Positions 24,757 to 33,820 of a DNA stretch of 64,000 nt are shown here, piece by piece. Each line of letters starts with the position of its first letter. Position 1 is the first letter of the stretch. The DNA lies in NCBI GenBank assembly GCA_020891255.1, contig BQFW01000012.1:1550001-1614000 (forward strand). The letters run 5' to 3'. The position numbers and the translations under genes are program-made. Under the pieces are notes generated by a model. That model was given only the letters and a program-made list of their open reading frames with translations. It had not been told where the DNA came from and searched no databases. Source of the stretch: Entomortierella parvispora E1425 (taxonomy: Eukaryota; Fungi; Mortierellomycota).

Positions 24757-26447
24757 CCCTGTCGCTGTGCGAATCTTTCTATGACTCGTACTTTGTCCTC
24801 CAAAAATATTTGATTGTGTGATTGTGAAATCCGCTCTTGATAGGATCTGGCTCTTGTCCGGACTGGAGCCGTACTTCCGGCTTTTTTGCCCCGCAGCTCT
24901 TGCATTTACTGACTTGATACTGTTGTTCACTCATGATCTGGAAACTAGAGCCCAATTGAGGCCAAGCTCAAGGTCCTCCTCCAAATGTCCCTTGTGCTTG
25001 TCTGGGGTGCCCGCATGCCCGTCGTTCGTATTGCTCGTATGGCTGGCCAGTATGCCAAACCTCGCTCCAAGCCAACAGAGATGCACGAAGGCAAAGAGAT
25101 TCTCAGCTACCGTGGCGACAATGTGAACGGATACGATCCCGACGATCGCACCCCTGATCCCGAACGTCTTCTCGGGTAAGGCATTTTCCAACAAGAAGAA
25201 ATTTCGTTGTCCCCATACACTGCGGAGACTATTTCCGAATGACAGACACGTTCCTCCTGCTCACCGTTTTTGTTTATCAATAGGGCTTACTTCCATTCTG
25301 CCGCCACCTTGAACTATGTCCGTTCCATTCTCGCTGGTAAGAACACAGTATCTGACTAGACGTTTATCCAGGACCCGATTCTGATGGCAAGATTGCGCGT
25401 CATGAACCCATATTTAAAATTCCGACGGATTACTTTCATGATTGTCAATAGAGGGCTTTGCGGATCTTCACCACCCTTCCAACTGGAACTTGCACCACGT
25501 CAAGTCGTCCACTTTGCGCCAGGAATACCAGACCATTGTCGATCGATTGACGGATGCATTGGACTTCATGAAGACCATTGGTGCCGACCCCAATGCTGGA
25601 GGATCGTCCACACCTGCACCACCCAGCACTCTCAACACTGTCGATATCTTTGCTTCACACGAGGGACTCTTGCTTGAGTACGAGCAGGCCCTCACTAGAC
25701 TATTGACAGACCCTGAAAACGCAGCGCAGAAAAAGTACTACAACGTCGGAACACATTTCATCTGGATTGGCGATCGTACTCGTCAGCTCAATGGAGCTCA
25801 CGTAGAGTACTTCCGTGGCATTGAGAACCCTATTGGAGTCAAGTGTGGTCCTAGCATGAAGCCCGAGGAGTTAGTCGATCTCTTGAACATCTTGGACGCC
25901 GATAAGCGCCCCGGCAAGATCACCTTGATCACTCGTTATGGAGTGGATCAGGTTGACAAGTTCTTGCCTGGTCACATCAAGGCTGTCCAGGAGTCTGGGC
26001 ATGTGGTTGTTTGGGCTTGCGATCCCATGCACGGAAAGTAAGTATTATGGCCAGTTGTCTTGTCTCCAGACGGGTGTCCAATTGGTGATCGAGGACTTGG
26101 GTTGCTTACAATATGACTCATTTCCATGTTTGAATTATAGCACCAAGCAATCCGTTTCAGGAGTCAAGACGAGACATTTGGTCGACATCACAAAGGAGCT
26201 CTCTCAGGCTATCAGGATCCACAAGCAGCTTGGATCTCACCTTGGAGGAGTCCACTTTGAACTCACGGGAGACCGTGTCACAGAGTGTGTTGGTGGATCA
26301 ATGGAACTCTCAGATGCAGAGCTTTTGGACCGCTACGAGACGCATTGCGACCCTCGCCTGAACTACGAGCAGGCCTTGGATATGGCTTTCTTGATCGCAA
26401 AGTACCAAGAGAAGCAGCGTGGCTTCAGCGGAGTCATGTCGTTGTAA
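24072..26447 (+). CDS. Class II DAHP synthase (phospho-2-dehydro-3-deoxyheptonate aldolase), six exons
   Basis: WTPTSWQSKPIKQDVDYPD, FLLQGGDCAELF, RMAGQYAKPRS, YRGDNVNG, AYFHSAATLNY, HFIWIGDRTRQLNGAHVEYFRGIENPIGVKCGPS, WACDPMHGNT, GGVHFELTGDRVTEC and CDPRLNYEQAL are class II (AroA-II) signature motifs. Introns begin at 24261, 24511, 25176, 25337 and 26038. Confidence 0.97.
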
Positions 26448-26699
26448 GGAACAGCATACGAAGTGGAAATACAAAATTGTTTTTTCCTGAGCACAGTCAC
26501 AGTCGTCACGTGCACCACTTGAATGGGAGCATGGGGATGCGCGTTGGGGTGGGGGGGAAACGATGCCCTGTCAGTTCGTTCTGTCTCTCTCCTTTCTTCC
26601 ATTCATTCATCCACACACACATACATTCACACACGCGCACGCACACGTACGGCTTTATCTCCCGACTAAAAGCCTTCTCATTACGCAACAACCCAGACC

Positions 26700-28064
26700 A
26701 TGAGTGGCTTCTTCAACATCAGGTACAGAACATTCACCTCAGATATTAAACTTTATTGTCCATCTCCGCCGATGCACTCGCGCCGAGCTTTGAGAGTCCA
26801 TGCATGCCATGGCAAGAATAAACATTACAAAGGCTATGGTAGCTTGCTCGGCTCGTTGTATATCAAGCGTGTCTCTTTCTTTTCTTTCTTTTTTGTTCTT
26901 TTTTTTTTCTTCTTTTGCTCACGCTCTCCTGCCTTCAATCCCTTGTTTCTCTTAATTTGGGTTAAAACAGTGGCAAGTTTGGAGGCAAGCCCAAGCCAAA
27001 GAGATCTTCCTCGGCAGCGAGGCCACTCTTTCTTTGTCAGCCCTACTGCAACAACTCAATCGTCAAAGGAAACTTCAAGACAATTGTACAGCTGCCCAAA
27101 CACGTCGACATAAACGAATGGCTCGCAGCCAACGGTAAGTAGAGATACATGCAGCAGTGGGATCCCAGATTGTAATATCAATTAGGAAAGGAGGGGGGTA
27201 TCTTTCTCCCAAATCACAAGCAGAAGCGAAATGTAGGCGCGTTTCATGTTGTGAAGTCGATGGGTCTCTTTATCATGCAAATGTTTGGCTGCTCGGGGGT
27301 CATCTTGAATCTCCCAGGCATGAATGTTCTGTATCTCACAAAGTGAAGAGCCCGTACGGGAAGCAATGTCCTCCAAGCATGTTGTTCAAAACTAACGCGT
27401 GTCTTTTCGTTGGCACCGTATAGTCTTTGACTTTTACAACTACATCAACATGTTCAATGGATCTATATCCGAATTCTGTACTGCTCGGGACTGCCCTACC
27501 ATGTCGGCTGGATCAAAGTGAGCCTCAGTGACCTTTCGCAAAAAAGGATAGGCATTACAACTCAGTGCCGTTGATTGACAAGTCTTATCGTCGTGTTAAT
27601 AGCTTTGAGTACCTCTGGATGGACGGACAGAAAAAGTCGAGCAAAGTGCCGGCTCCGCAATACATTGACTTTGTGATGACCTGGATCCAGACACTGATCA
27701 ATGACGAAAATACGTTCCCAACTAAAGATGGTATGCTCGCGGAAAACTCAAAGCCTCGTCTTTGTTTTATCGTCATGTCGTGAAGGCTAAAAGTCGCATT
27801 CCTTGTACCCCTCTAGGACGCGAGTTTCCATCAACATTCCAGCAGACAGTGCGAGCCATCTTCAAGCAATTGACCCGTGTCTTTGCGCACATTTATCATT
27901 CTCACTACGACAAGATGTTGTCGTTATGTCAGGAGGCTCATCTCAACACGCTTTTTGCGCATTTTGTCAGCTTTGGCCGAGAGTTTGATCTGCTAGACAA
28001 GAGAGACATTGTACAACTGCAAGATCTCATCGATACCATGGACAACAACGGAATCTTGTGTTGA
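26700..28064 (+). CDS. MOB2: MOB kinase activator, Mob2-like, five exons
   Basis: Spliced MSGFFNIS|GKFGGKPK...PLFLCQPYCNNSIVKGNFKTIVQLPKHVDINEWLAAN|VFDFYNYINMF...CPTMSAGS...YLWMD...APQYIDFVMTWIQ...FPTKDG|REFP...IFKQLTRVFAHIYHSH...AHLNTLFAHF. PLFLCQP and VKGNFKTIV are characteristic of Mob2. Confidence 0.92.
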
Positions 28065-28267
28065 CAAGCCATTTCTCAGCTTTTATTATTTTCCCAAGTT
28101 CAACCACACTTTCTTCCCTCTGTTTAGAGCCAACAGTCCATTAAAGATGTAGTGAGAATTTGATTGTATTTTTTTGCATCATGAAGAGCTCTATCTCCGG
28201 CAGTATTTTGAACTGATTGTTCATTGGGGAATAAGGATAAGAGTGCGACAACGAGGCTGGGAAAAGA

Positions 28268-28849
28268 CTACTCGTAGTCCTCAAGTGCCTGAACAGCGTC
28301 TTCATACTCCTTGGAAGTCTTGAGCTCTGGGTTGATGTTTGTCTACACAGAAATGGCGCATCGAATTTTTGATTTACCAGGTTAGTATCAGAAGAACGAA
28401 TCCGAAGCAGTTATGAACCACAAAGTGCAGATAGACAAGGGGACTTACAACGAGGTTTGCCAAGTCTTGGTGGGCCGCCTTTTTCCTTCTCTCCACATCT
28501 GGCAACATGTCCAGGGTCTCCTCCAACACTTCGCGCTGCTTCTTGATATCGTAATCCTCGGGGTCCTTGGCGATCATGGCATCAATGCGTCCCTGCTGGT
28601 TCAGCTTTTCGCCGTTGTAGAAGATTTGTTCTTTGGCCAGTCTGTCCGAAGAGAATGGGGGAACGAGTCAGTTTCTGGGAAAGCGGAGGTGGGACTGTGG
28701 CTCTGCTGCCCATTGGCTTCTTTTTTTTTTCGGTGGAATGCAACGCCGAGGAGAAAAAAAAAAAAAAAAAAAAAAAAACTAGATGACAAGAGGGGGGGGG
28801 GTTACCTCTTGAGGACATTAGTCTTGATGGAGAGATCGCGGGTCGACAT
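28268..28849 (-). CDS. TBCA: Tubulin-specific chaperone A (cofactor A / Rbl2)
   Basis: Three exons: MSTRDLSIKTNVLKR|LAKEQIFYNGE...YDIKKQREVLEETLDMLPDVERR...LANLV|TNINPELKTSKEYEDAVQALEDYE*. LxIKTxVxKRLxKE and YDIKKQxEVLxE are TBCA motifs. Confidence 0.93.
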
Positions 28850-29295
28850 TGTAGCAGTTGTTGATGTTTGAGTCTGAAAGGAAGCAGTGGAGGAGGGAGA
28901 AGGCAATGAGAGATGGTGGTGCAAACGGGTTGCTTGGTGCGAATGAGAGCAACAAGATGCAGCCCTTTTTATGTTCAGGGTTGCTTCCACAGCATTCGCT
29001 TAGCCTGCAAAACAGTCCCGTAGTCACGTCCCGTCCTATCTGCCGCGGCGCGAAGCCTCTTTCCTTCTTTGGCGTCTTTTCTTCCTTCCCCTTCTACTCC
29101 CCTTACTTTCCCTTATCCCTTCAAAGCCCCATCCTCTCAACACGCGCTTCACTACTTTTTTGGGGTTTTTTATTATGATAATGATAATGATGATGATGAT
29201 AATTACATTAGGATGACTAGAAGTCTATGTACACAGAAAGACTGCCTCTTTTTTTTTTTTTTTTTTTGAGAAAAAAAAATAATGAAGAAAGCAGT

Positions 29296-30777
29296 TTAGT
29301 GGATGGCGTTGTTGACATTGCCAGCGACATTATGGGCTCCAGTGCTGACAGCGTTGGCAGCGTTGTGGGCACCGGTGTTGATGGTGTTGGCGGCGTTGCC
29401 AAGACCGCTACCGGTCGAGTTCACGGTGCCGTAGGCTCCGCTGTTGACGTTCGAGGCAGCGTTGTGGACATTGCTGATGGTAGAGTCAACGACACCGGGG
29501 CCACGAGGCTGGGTGTTGTAGCCGGAGGTGGTGGTGGTGTTATAGCTGGTGGCCATAGTGGGGTTATGGACACCAGCAGTGTTCACACCAACAGCGGGGG
29601 CCGTGGTGGTGTGGTAGGCGTTGCCAGCAGGGACCGAGGACGAGGCAACGACGGGGGCGCCAGTGTTATAGGCGGTGGTGGTGGCACCGGTGGGGACAGA
29701 CTTGACAACGACGGGCTCGATCTTCTCAGTCACGACAGTGCGGGTAGGGCCGCGGTTATCATAGTTGGCGGCCGAGCTGTTGTAGACGGTGGTGTGCTCG
29801 CCACGCTTTCTTCTCCAGCACCAGCCCAAGAGACCGGCCAAGGCGGTGGCGGCCAAGCATCCCAAAACGATACCGGCGATGGAACCGCCAGAGATATGGT
29901 TACTCTGCGTCGTCACGAAGGGGGTCCCGGTGGGAGAGGTGATGGGGGCGGCAGTGCGGGTGCCACTGACACGACGCGTCGACGTGCCGCGGATGATGCC
30001 GGGTGTGCCAGAGACCCAGGTGGTGGTACCGGGCAAGATGGCAGTGCCACCAACAATAGCCGTGGCACTGACGATGCGGGTGGTGCCGCTGACAACAGCG
30101 GTCTGGCCTCCGTAGTAGGTGGTACCGTTGTAAATACGGGTAACAACGCTGCCGCCACCGGCAGGCGAGGAAGGCGAGAAGGTTTGGGTACCCTGGCCGG
30201 GCCGGTACTGGTAAGGGTTACCAAAAGGGTTGGTCAAACCAGCCATGCCGCAGCGACGAAGGAGACCCTCGACGTTGACAGAGTTCTACATTCATATTTG
30301 GGTGAGGAAGAGAGTGAGTAGACTGGCTTTTTCAATGTGCATCGACATTGCCTAGATGATGAGTCCGAGCCAATCACAGACATGGCAGACAGGCAAGACA
30401 AGGCTCAATTGCTCCGCGTTATCTTTTACCTCATAGAACTGGGTAGAGCTGCGACGGCATTGGCAGGCAGCGTAGTTGTTAATGTAAGTCTGGTTGCACT
30501 GCTTGGCATTGCACTGCTGGACGTTGACATTAGGGTTGCTGCAGGTCACTAAAATGTCACATCATTGTCAAAAAGTTGGTAAGATTGTGCGATTCCAATT
30601 CCAATGCCCAATCTCAATTGCTCAACGTCATAAAAAGAAAAAAAAAGGGTTTGTAAGCTTACAAGGGTAGACGTTGATGGCGCGGCACGCCTGGTTGACA
30701 GCAGAGGTGTCGGGGCACTGGTAAGCAGAGGCAGTTGAGGCAACTGCCACGGCGGCGAGGATGAAGGTGGCCTTCAT
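29296..30777 (-). CDS. Type I membrane protein: signal peptide, 8-Cys extracellular domain, S/T/G-rich stalk, one TM helix, low-complexity tail (407 aa)
   Basis: Exons 30777-30663, 30548-30430, 30285-29296, phase-consistent GT-AG. Signal MKATFILAAVAVASTASA; Cys at residues 21, 31, 41, 51, 56, 67, 69, 90; TM ISGGSIAGIVLGCLAATALAGLLGWCW followed by RRKR. Confidence 0.88.
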
Positions 30778-30877
30778 GGTTGACTTATTTTTGCAAAGAG
30801 AGTAGTGGAGAGGATGTGAAGTGCGATGAAGAAGAGCAAGAGAAGAGAATTTTTTTTTAGAAAACGTCTATGGAGGG

Positions 30878-30885
30878 TTTATATA
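30878..30885 (-). promoter_or_regulatory. Putative TATA box (TATATAAA) of the 8-Cys membrane protein gene
   Basis: About 100 bp upstream of ATG 30777, followed on the minus strand by a CT-rich leader. Confidence 0.55.
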
Positions 30886-31503
30886 GCTCCCGCCGAGGGG
30901 CACGGATGGGACGACGCGTTTTACAACACTCGGCGACCGTTGGTCGATCAAAGACAACTCGGTCTTTGCTTAATGTTCGATTCATTATAAAACCGCCAGA
31001 AAGGATTTTTCGGTCCTGCAGCGCGCAGTCCAAACAGGAATCAATCTTCCCAAAGACACCAGATGACTGCAGGTCGCCTTCTTGCATCCACTTTGTTCAA
31101 CGGTGTGAGACCACTCTGGAGAGACTTTTTTTGGTCTCACGACTCGCAAAAAAAAAAAAAAAAAAAAAGTGGTCGAACTCGGACGAACGAGCGACGACGC
31201 TCACCATGCGACATTCGTCCATTTTTTTTAGAGAAGGGACGATCAGTTAGAAACAGAACGCGTCTCGATCAAAGCACAACAACACCCTGTTTCAACTCGC
31301 ACAGACCCCCTTTCTGCTATGTCTGTTCTTCTTAGAGATGCACTTTTATTCATCAAATGTTCATGTTATGTACTATGGAGAAAGAGATGTACTACGATTT
31401 CAAGAATGGAATGGGGTTCATAAACGCTACAGGGACCGGCCTCTTTGGCATCAGATGTGTGATGTCTCCTGTCCCCGGTTTCTGTCTGATGTCTTTCGTG
31501 CTT

Positions 31504-31737
31504 TCAAAGGACATGTACGTTTTGGACCTTGGCCTTGACGGGGACACAGACTTTGGTCTTGACATTGCTGACATTGACGAGACCACGCTTTCCGAGGGCC
31601 GCACTACCGCTATGGGGAGAGGCGTTTTGGGGCTTGATGTCAGCAGTAGCCTCCACAGAGGGCTCTACCACCTTGTGGGGCGCGGCTTGGACCAAGGCGA
31701 TGGCGGCCAGGACGACGAAAACGGCTGAAATCTTCAT
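31504..31737 (-). CDS. Small secreted prepro-peptide (77 aa); a Kex2 site would release the cationic Val-rich 26-mer GLVNVSNVKTKVCVPVKAKVQNVHVL
   Basis: Intronless ORF with signal peptide MKISAVFVVLAAIALVQA/AP, a pro-region ending ALGKR and a C-terminal peptide. It has a TATA box upstream, and its first 12 nt (ATGAAGATTTCA) are identical to the neighbouring repeat precursor. Confidence 0.82.
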   Translation of the reverse strand: MKISAVFVVLAAIALVQAAPHKVVEPSVEATADIKPQNASPHSGSAALGKRGLVNVSNVKTKVCVPVKAKVQNVHVL

Positions 31738-31841
31738 GATGAGGTTTTTTTCTTTCTTTTCAAGTTATTGGAGAAGAGGGATGAAATGGGTAAGGAAGAG
31801 GCAAGAGAGTGTGAAGAGAAGTGCAAGACGGCTCCCTGGTC

Positions 31842-31848
31842 TTTTATA
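31842..31848 (-). promoter_or_regulatory. Putative TATA box (TATAAAA) of the 77-aa prepro-peptide gene
   Basis: About 105 bp upstream of ATG 31737, followed by a CT-rich leader. Confidence 0.55.
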
Positions 31849-32632
31849 AGAACGCGGTGAGATTCAAAGACAGATTACACATCCACAGAGGTCGGGCTTG
31901 ACATGAAGCGGACCTCCTTCAGCTGGGTCATATTCGATTGCCATGCGACAGGCTCTTCCCCACCTCCTTGATTTTGTGCCTTGCAGGAGTGAAGGCTCTG
32001 AACCAACAAGAAGAAATGAATGGCTAACTAACATGGTCTTGTTTCTGGTAAGAAGAAGAACGAAAAGTACAAGGAGTCGCACATGTATTATTGAGGATGA
32101 AGTGTAGAATGGAATCATGTCCATCTCTGTCTCCGTTCCTCCGCCACTTTAAGGGAAGGTCGGGGCTCTTTCAAAGAGTTTTCTACCATTAATTTCGTGA
32201 GAGATGATTTCGAGCATTCTGGGGCGACGGTCAAGGTCATTGTTATGGGAAAGCCCAACCCGTTTTCCAATGCTAGGACACCTACGGGATTGGGCACACG
32301 ATCTATAACTTCTGCAACTTGAGTTCTGCAACTTGAGTTCTGCAAAAAAAAAAAAAAAAAATCGATTCGATCTTCGAGAGTTCGTGGTCCAATGGTGGAA
32401 GGTCGATGTTTACGCAAAATCGCATATTTAATTGTTTACTATGTGAAGATGTGTTTTTCTCTAGGTTCAGTAGATAATGGTTCTTATTATGTTCGGCACA
32501 ATGACTTTGACAGTGTGTAGATGTGTAGATGTGTAGATGATGTGAAGTTGCTCTTCGCTTGTGGAGTCCAGCTCTTGCGGGAGCAGACTGAGCAGACAAC
32601 TCAAATTCAAGAAGGCGGAAGATACGATCGAT

Positions 32633-33694
32633 TTAAAGGAAGAGGAAGCGCTTCTTGAGGTCCTCGTTATCCTCCTCTTCATCTTCATCGTCCTCCTCGC
32701 GCTTCTTGAGGTCCTCGTTGTCCTCCTCATCATCCTCATCGTCCTCCTCGCGCTTCTTGAGGTCCTCGTTGTCCTCCTCATCATCCTCATCATCCTCCTC
32801 GCGCTTCTTGAGGTCCTCGTTGTCCTCCTCATCATCCTCATCATCCTCCTCGCGCTTCTTGAGGTCCTCGTTGTCCTCCTCATCATCCTCATCATCCTCC
32901 TCGCGCTTCTTGAGGTCCTCGTTATCCTCCTCATCATCCTCATCATCCTCCTCGCGCTTCTTGAGGTCCTCGTTGTCCTCCTCATCATCCTCATCATCCT
33001 CCTCGCGCTTCTTGAGGTCCTCGTTGTCCTCCTCATCATCCTCATCATCCTCCTCGCGCTTCTTGAGGTCCTCGTTGTCCTCCTCATCATCCTCATCATC
33101 CTCCTCGCGCTTCTTGAGGTCCTCGTTGTCCTCCTCATCATCCTCATCATCCTCCTCGCGCTTCTTGAGGTCCTCGTTGTCCTCCTCATCATCCTCATCA
33201 TCCTCCTCGCGCTTCTTGAGGTCCTCGTTATCCTCCTCATCATCCTCATCGTCCTCCTCGCGCTTCTTGAGGTCCTCGTTGTCCTCCTCATCATCCTCAT
33301 CGTCCTCCTCGCGCTTCTTGAGGTCCTCGTTGTCCTCCTCATCATCCTCATCGTCCTCCTCGCGCTTCTTGAGGTCCTCGTTGTCCTCCTCATCATCCTC
33401 ATCGTCCTCCTCGCGCTTCTTGAGGTCCTCGTTGTCCTCCTCTTCATCCTCATCGTCCTCCTCGCGCTTCTTCATGACCTCCTTGCGGTCCTTCTTGCCC
33501 TCCTTCTTGGGCTCCTTCTTGTGACGCTTGATGAGCAGGGAGCGCTTCTGGGCCATGTTGTTGCGGTGGTGTTCACCTTGAGCCTTGGCGTTGGTGTGGC
33601 TCATGGCCTTGTTGTCCTGGTGGTGGGGGACAGGGGCGGCATGGACGACGAGCAAGGTCGCAGCGAGCGCAGAGAGAATGAGTGAAATCTTCAT
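32633..33694 (-). CDS. Secreted Kex2-processed repeat protein (KEP), 353 aa, with 16 copies of EEDDED(D/E)EEDNEDL-KKR and terminal FLFL
   Basis: ATG start and signal peptide MKISLILSALAATLLVVHA/AP. Dibasic sites AQKR, LIKR, MKKR and LKKR after every repeat. Composition: 77 aa leader + 16x17 aa + FLFL = 353 aa. TATA box upstream. Confidence 0.9.
   Translation of the reverse strand: MKISLILSALAATLLVVHAAPVPHHQDNKAMSHTNAKAQGEHHRNNMAQKRSLLIKRHKKEPKKEGKKDRKEVMKKREEDDEDEEEDNEDLKKREEDDEDDEEDNEDLKKREEDDEDDEEDNEDLKKREEDDEDDEEDNEDLKKREEDDEDDEEDNEDLKKREEDDEDDEEDNEDLKKREEDDEDDEEDNEDLKKREEDDEDDEEDNEDLKKREEDDEDDEEDNEDLKKREEDDEDDEEDNEDLKKREEDDEDDEEDNEDLKKREEDDEDDEEDNEDLKKREEDDEDDEEDNEDLKKREEDDEDDEEDNEDLKKREEDDEDDEEDNEDLKKREEDDEDEEEDNEDLKKRFLFL
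32648..33463. repeat. Coding minisatellite, 16 x 51 bp
   Basis: Plus-strand unit gcgcttcttgaggtcctcgtt(g/a)tcctcctc(a/t)tcatcctcatc(a/g)tcctcctc; 816 bp is exactly 16 units. Confidence 0.97.
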
Positions 33695-33814
33695 GTTGTG
33701 TAAATGTGTGATGTGGTAGGTGAGAAACGGATATGAATGTCGATGTCGATGAGAGAGAAAAAGAAAAGAGAGGAGAAAAAAAAAAAGAGAAGAGGGAGCA
33801 CGAATGGCCTTGCA

Positions 33815-33820
33815 TTTATA
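33815..33820 (-). promoter_or_regulatory. Putative TATA box (TATAAA) of the KEP gene
   Basis: About 120 bp upstream of ATG 33694, followed by a CT-rich leader. Confidence 0.55.

Noticed and set aside
29227-30321. 364-aa Gly/Val-rich plus-strand ORF
   Set aside because: Antisense shadow of the 8-Cys membrane protein's last exon.
32648-33463. Regularly spaced repeats resembling a CRISPR array
   Set aside because: The units are contiguous with no unique spacers, are protein-coding, have no cas genes nearby, and the context is eukaryotic.
32561-33685. 374-aa hyper-hydrophobic plus-strand ORF (LLALLEVLVVLLIILII)n, plus the poly-Ser and Arg/Met/Thr frames over the same array
   Set aside because: These are antisense or frame shadows of a stop-free 51-bp repeat. 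Only the minus-strand 353-aa frame has an ATG, signal peptide, TATA box and processing sites.
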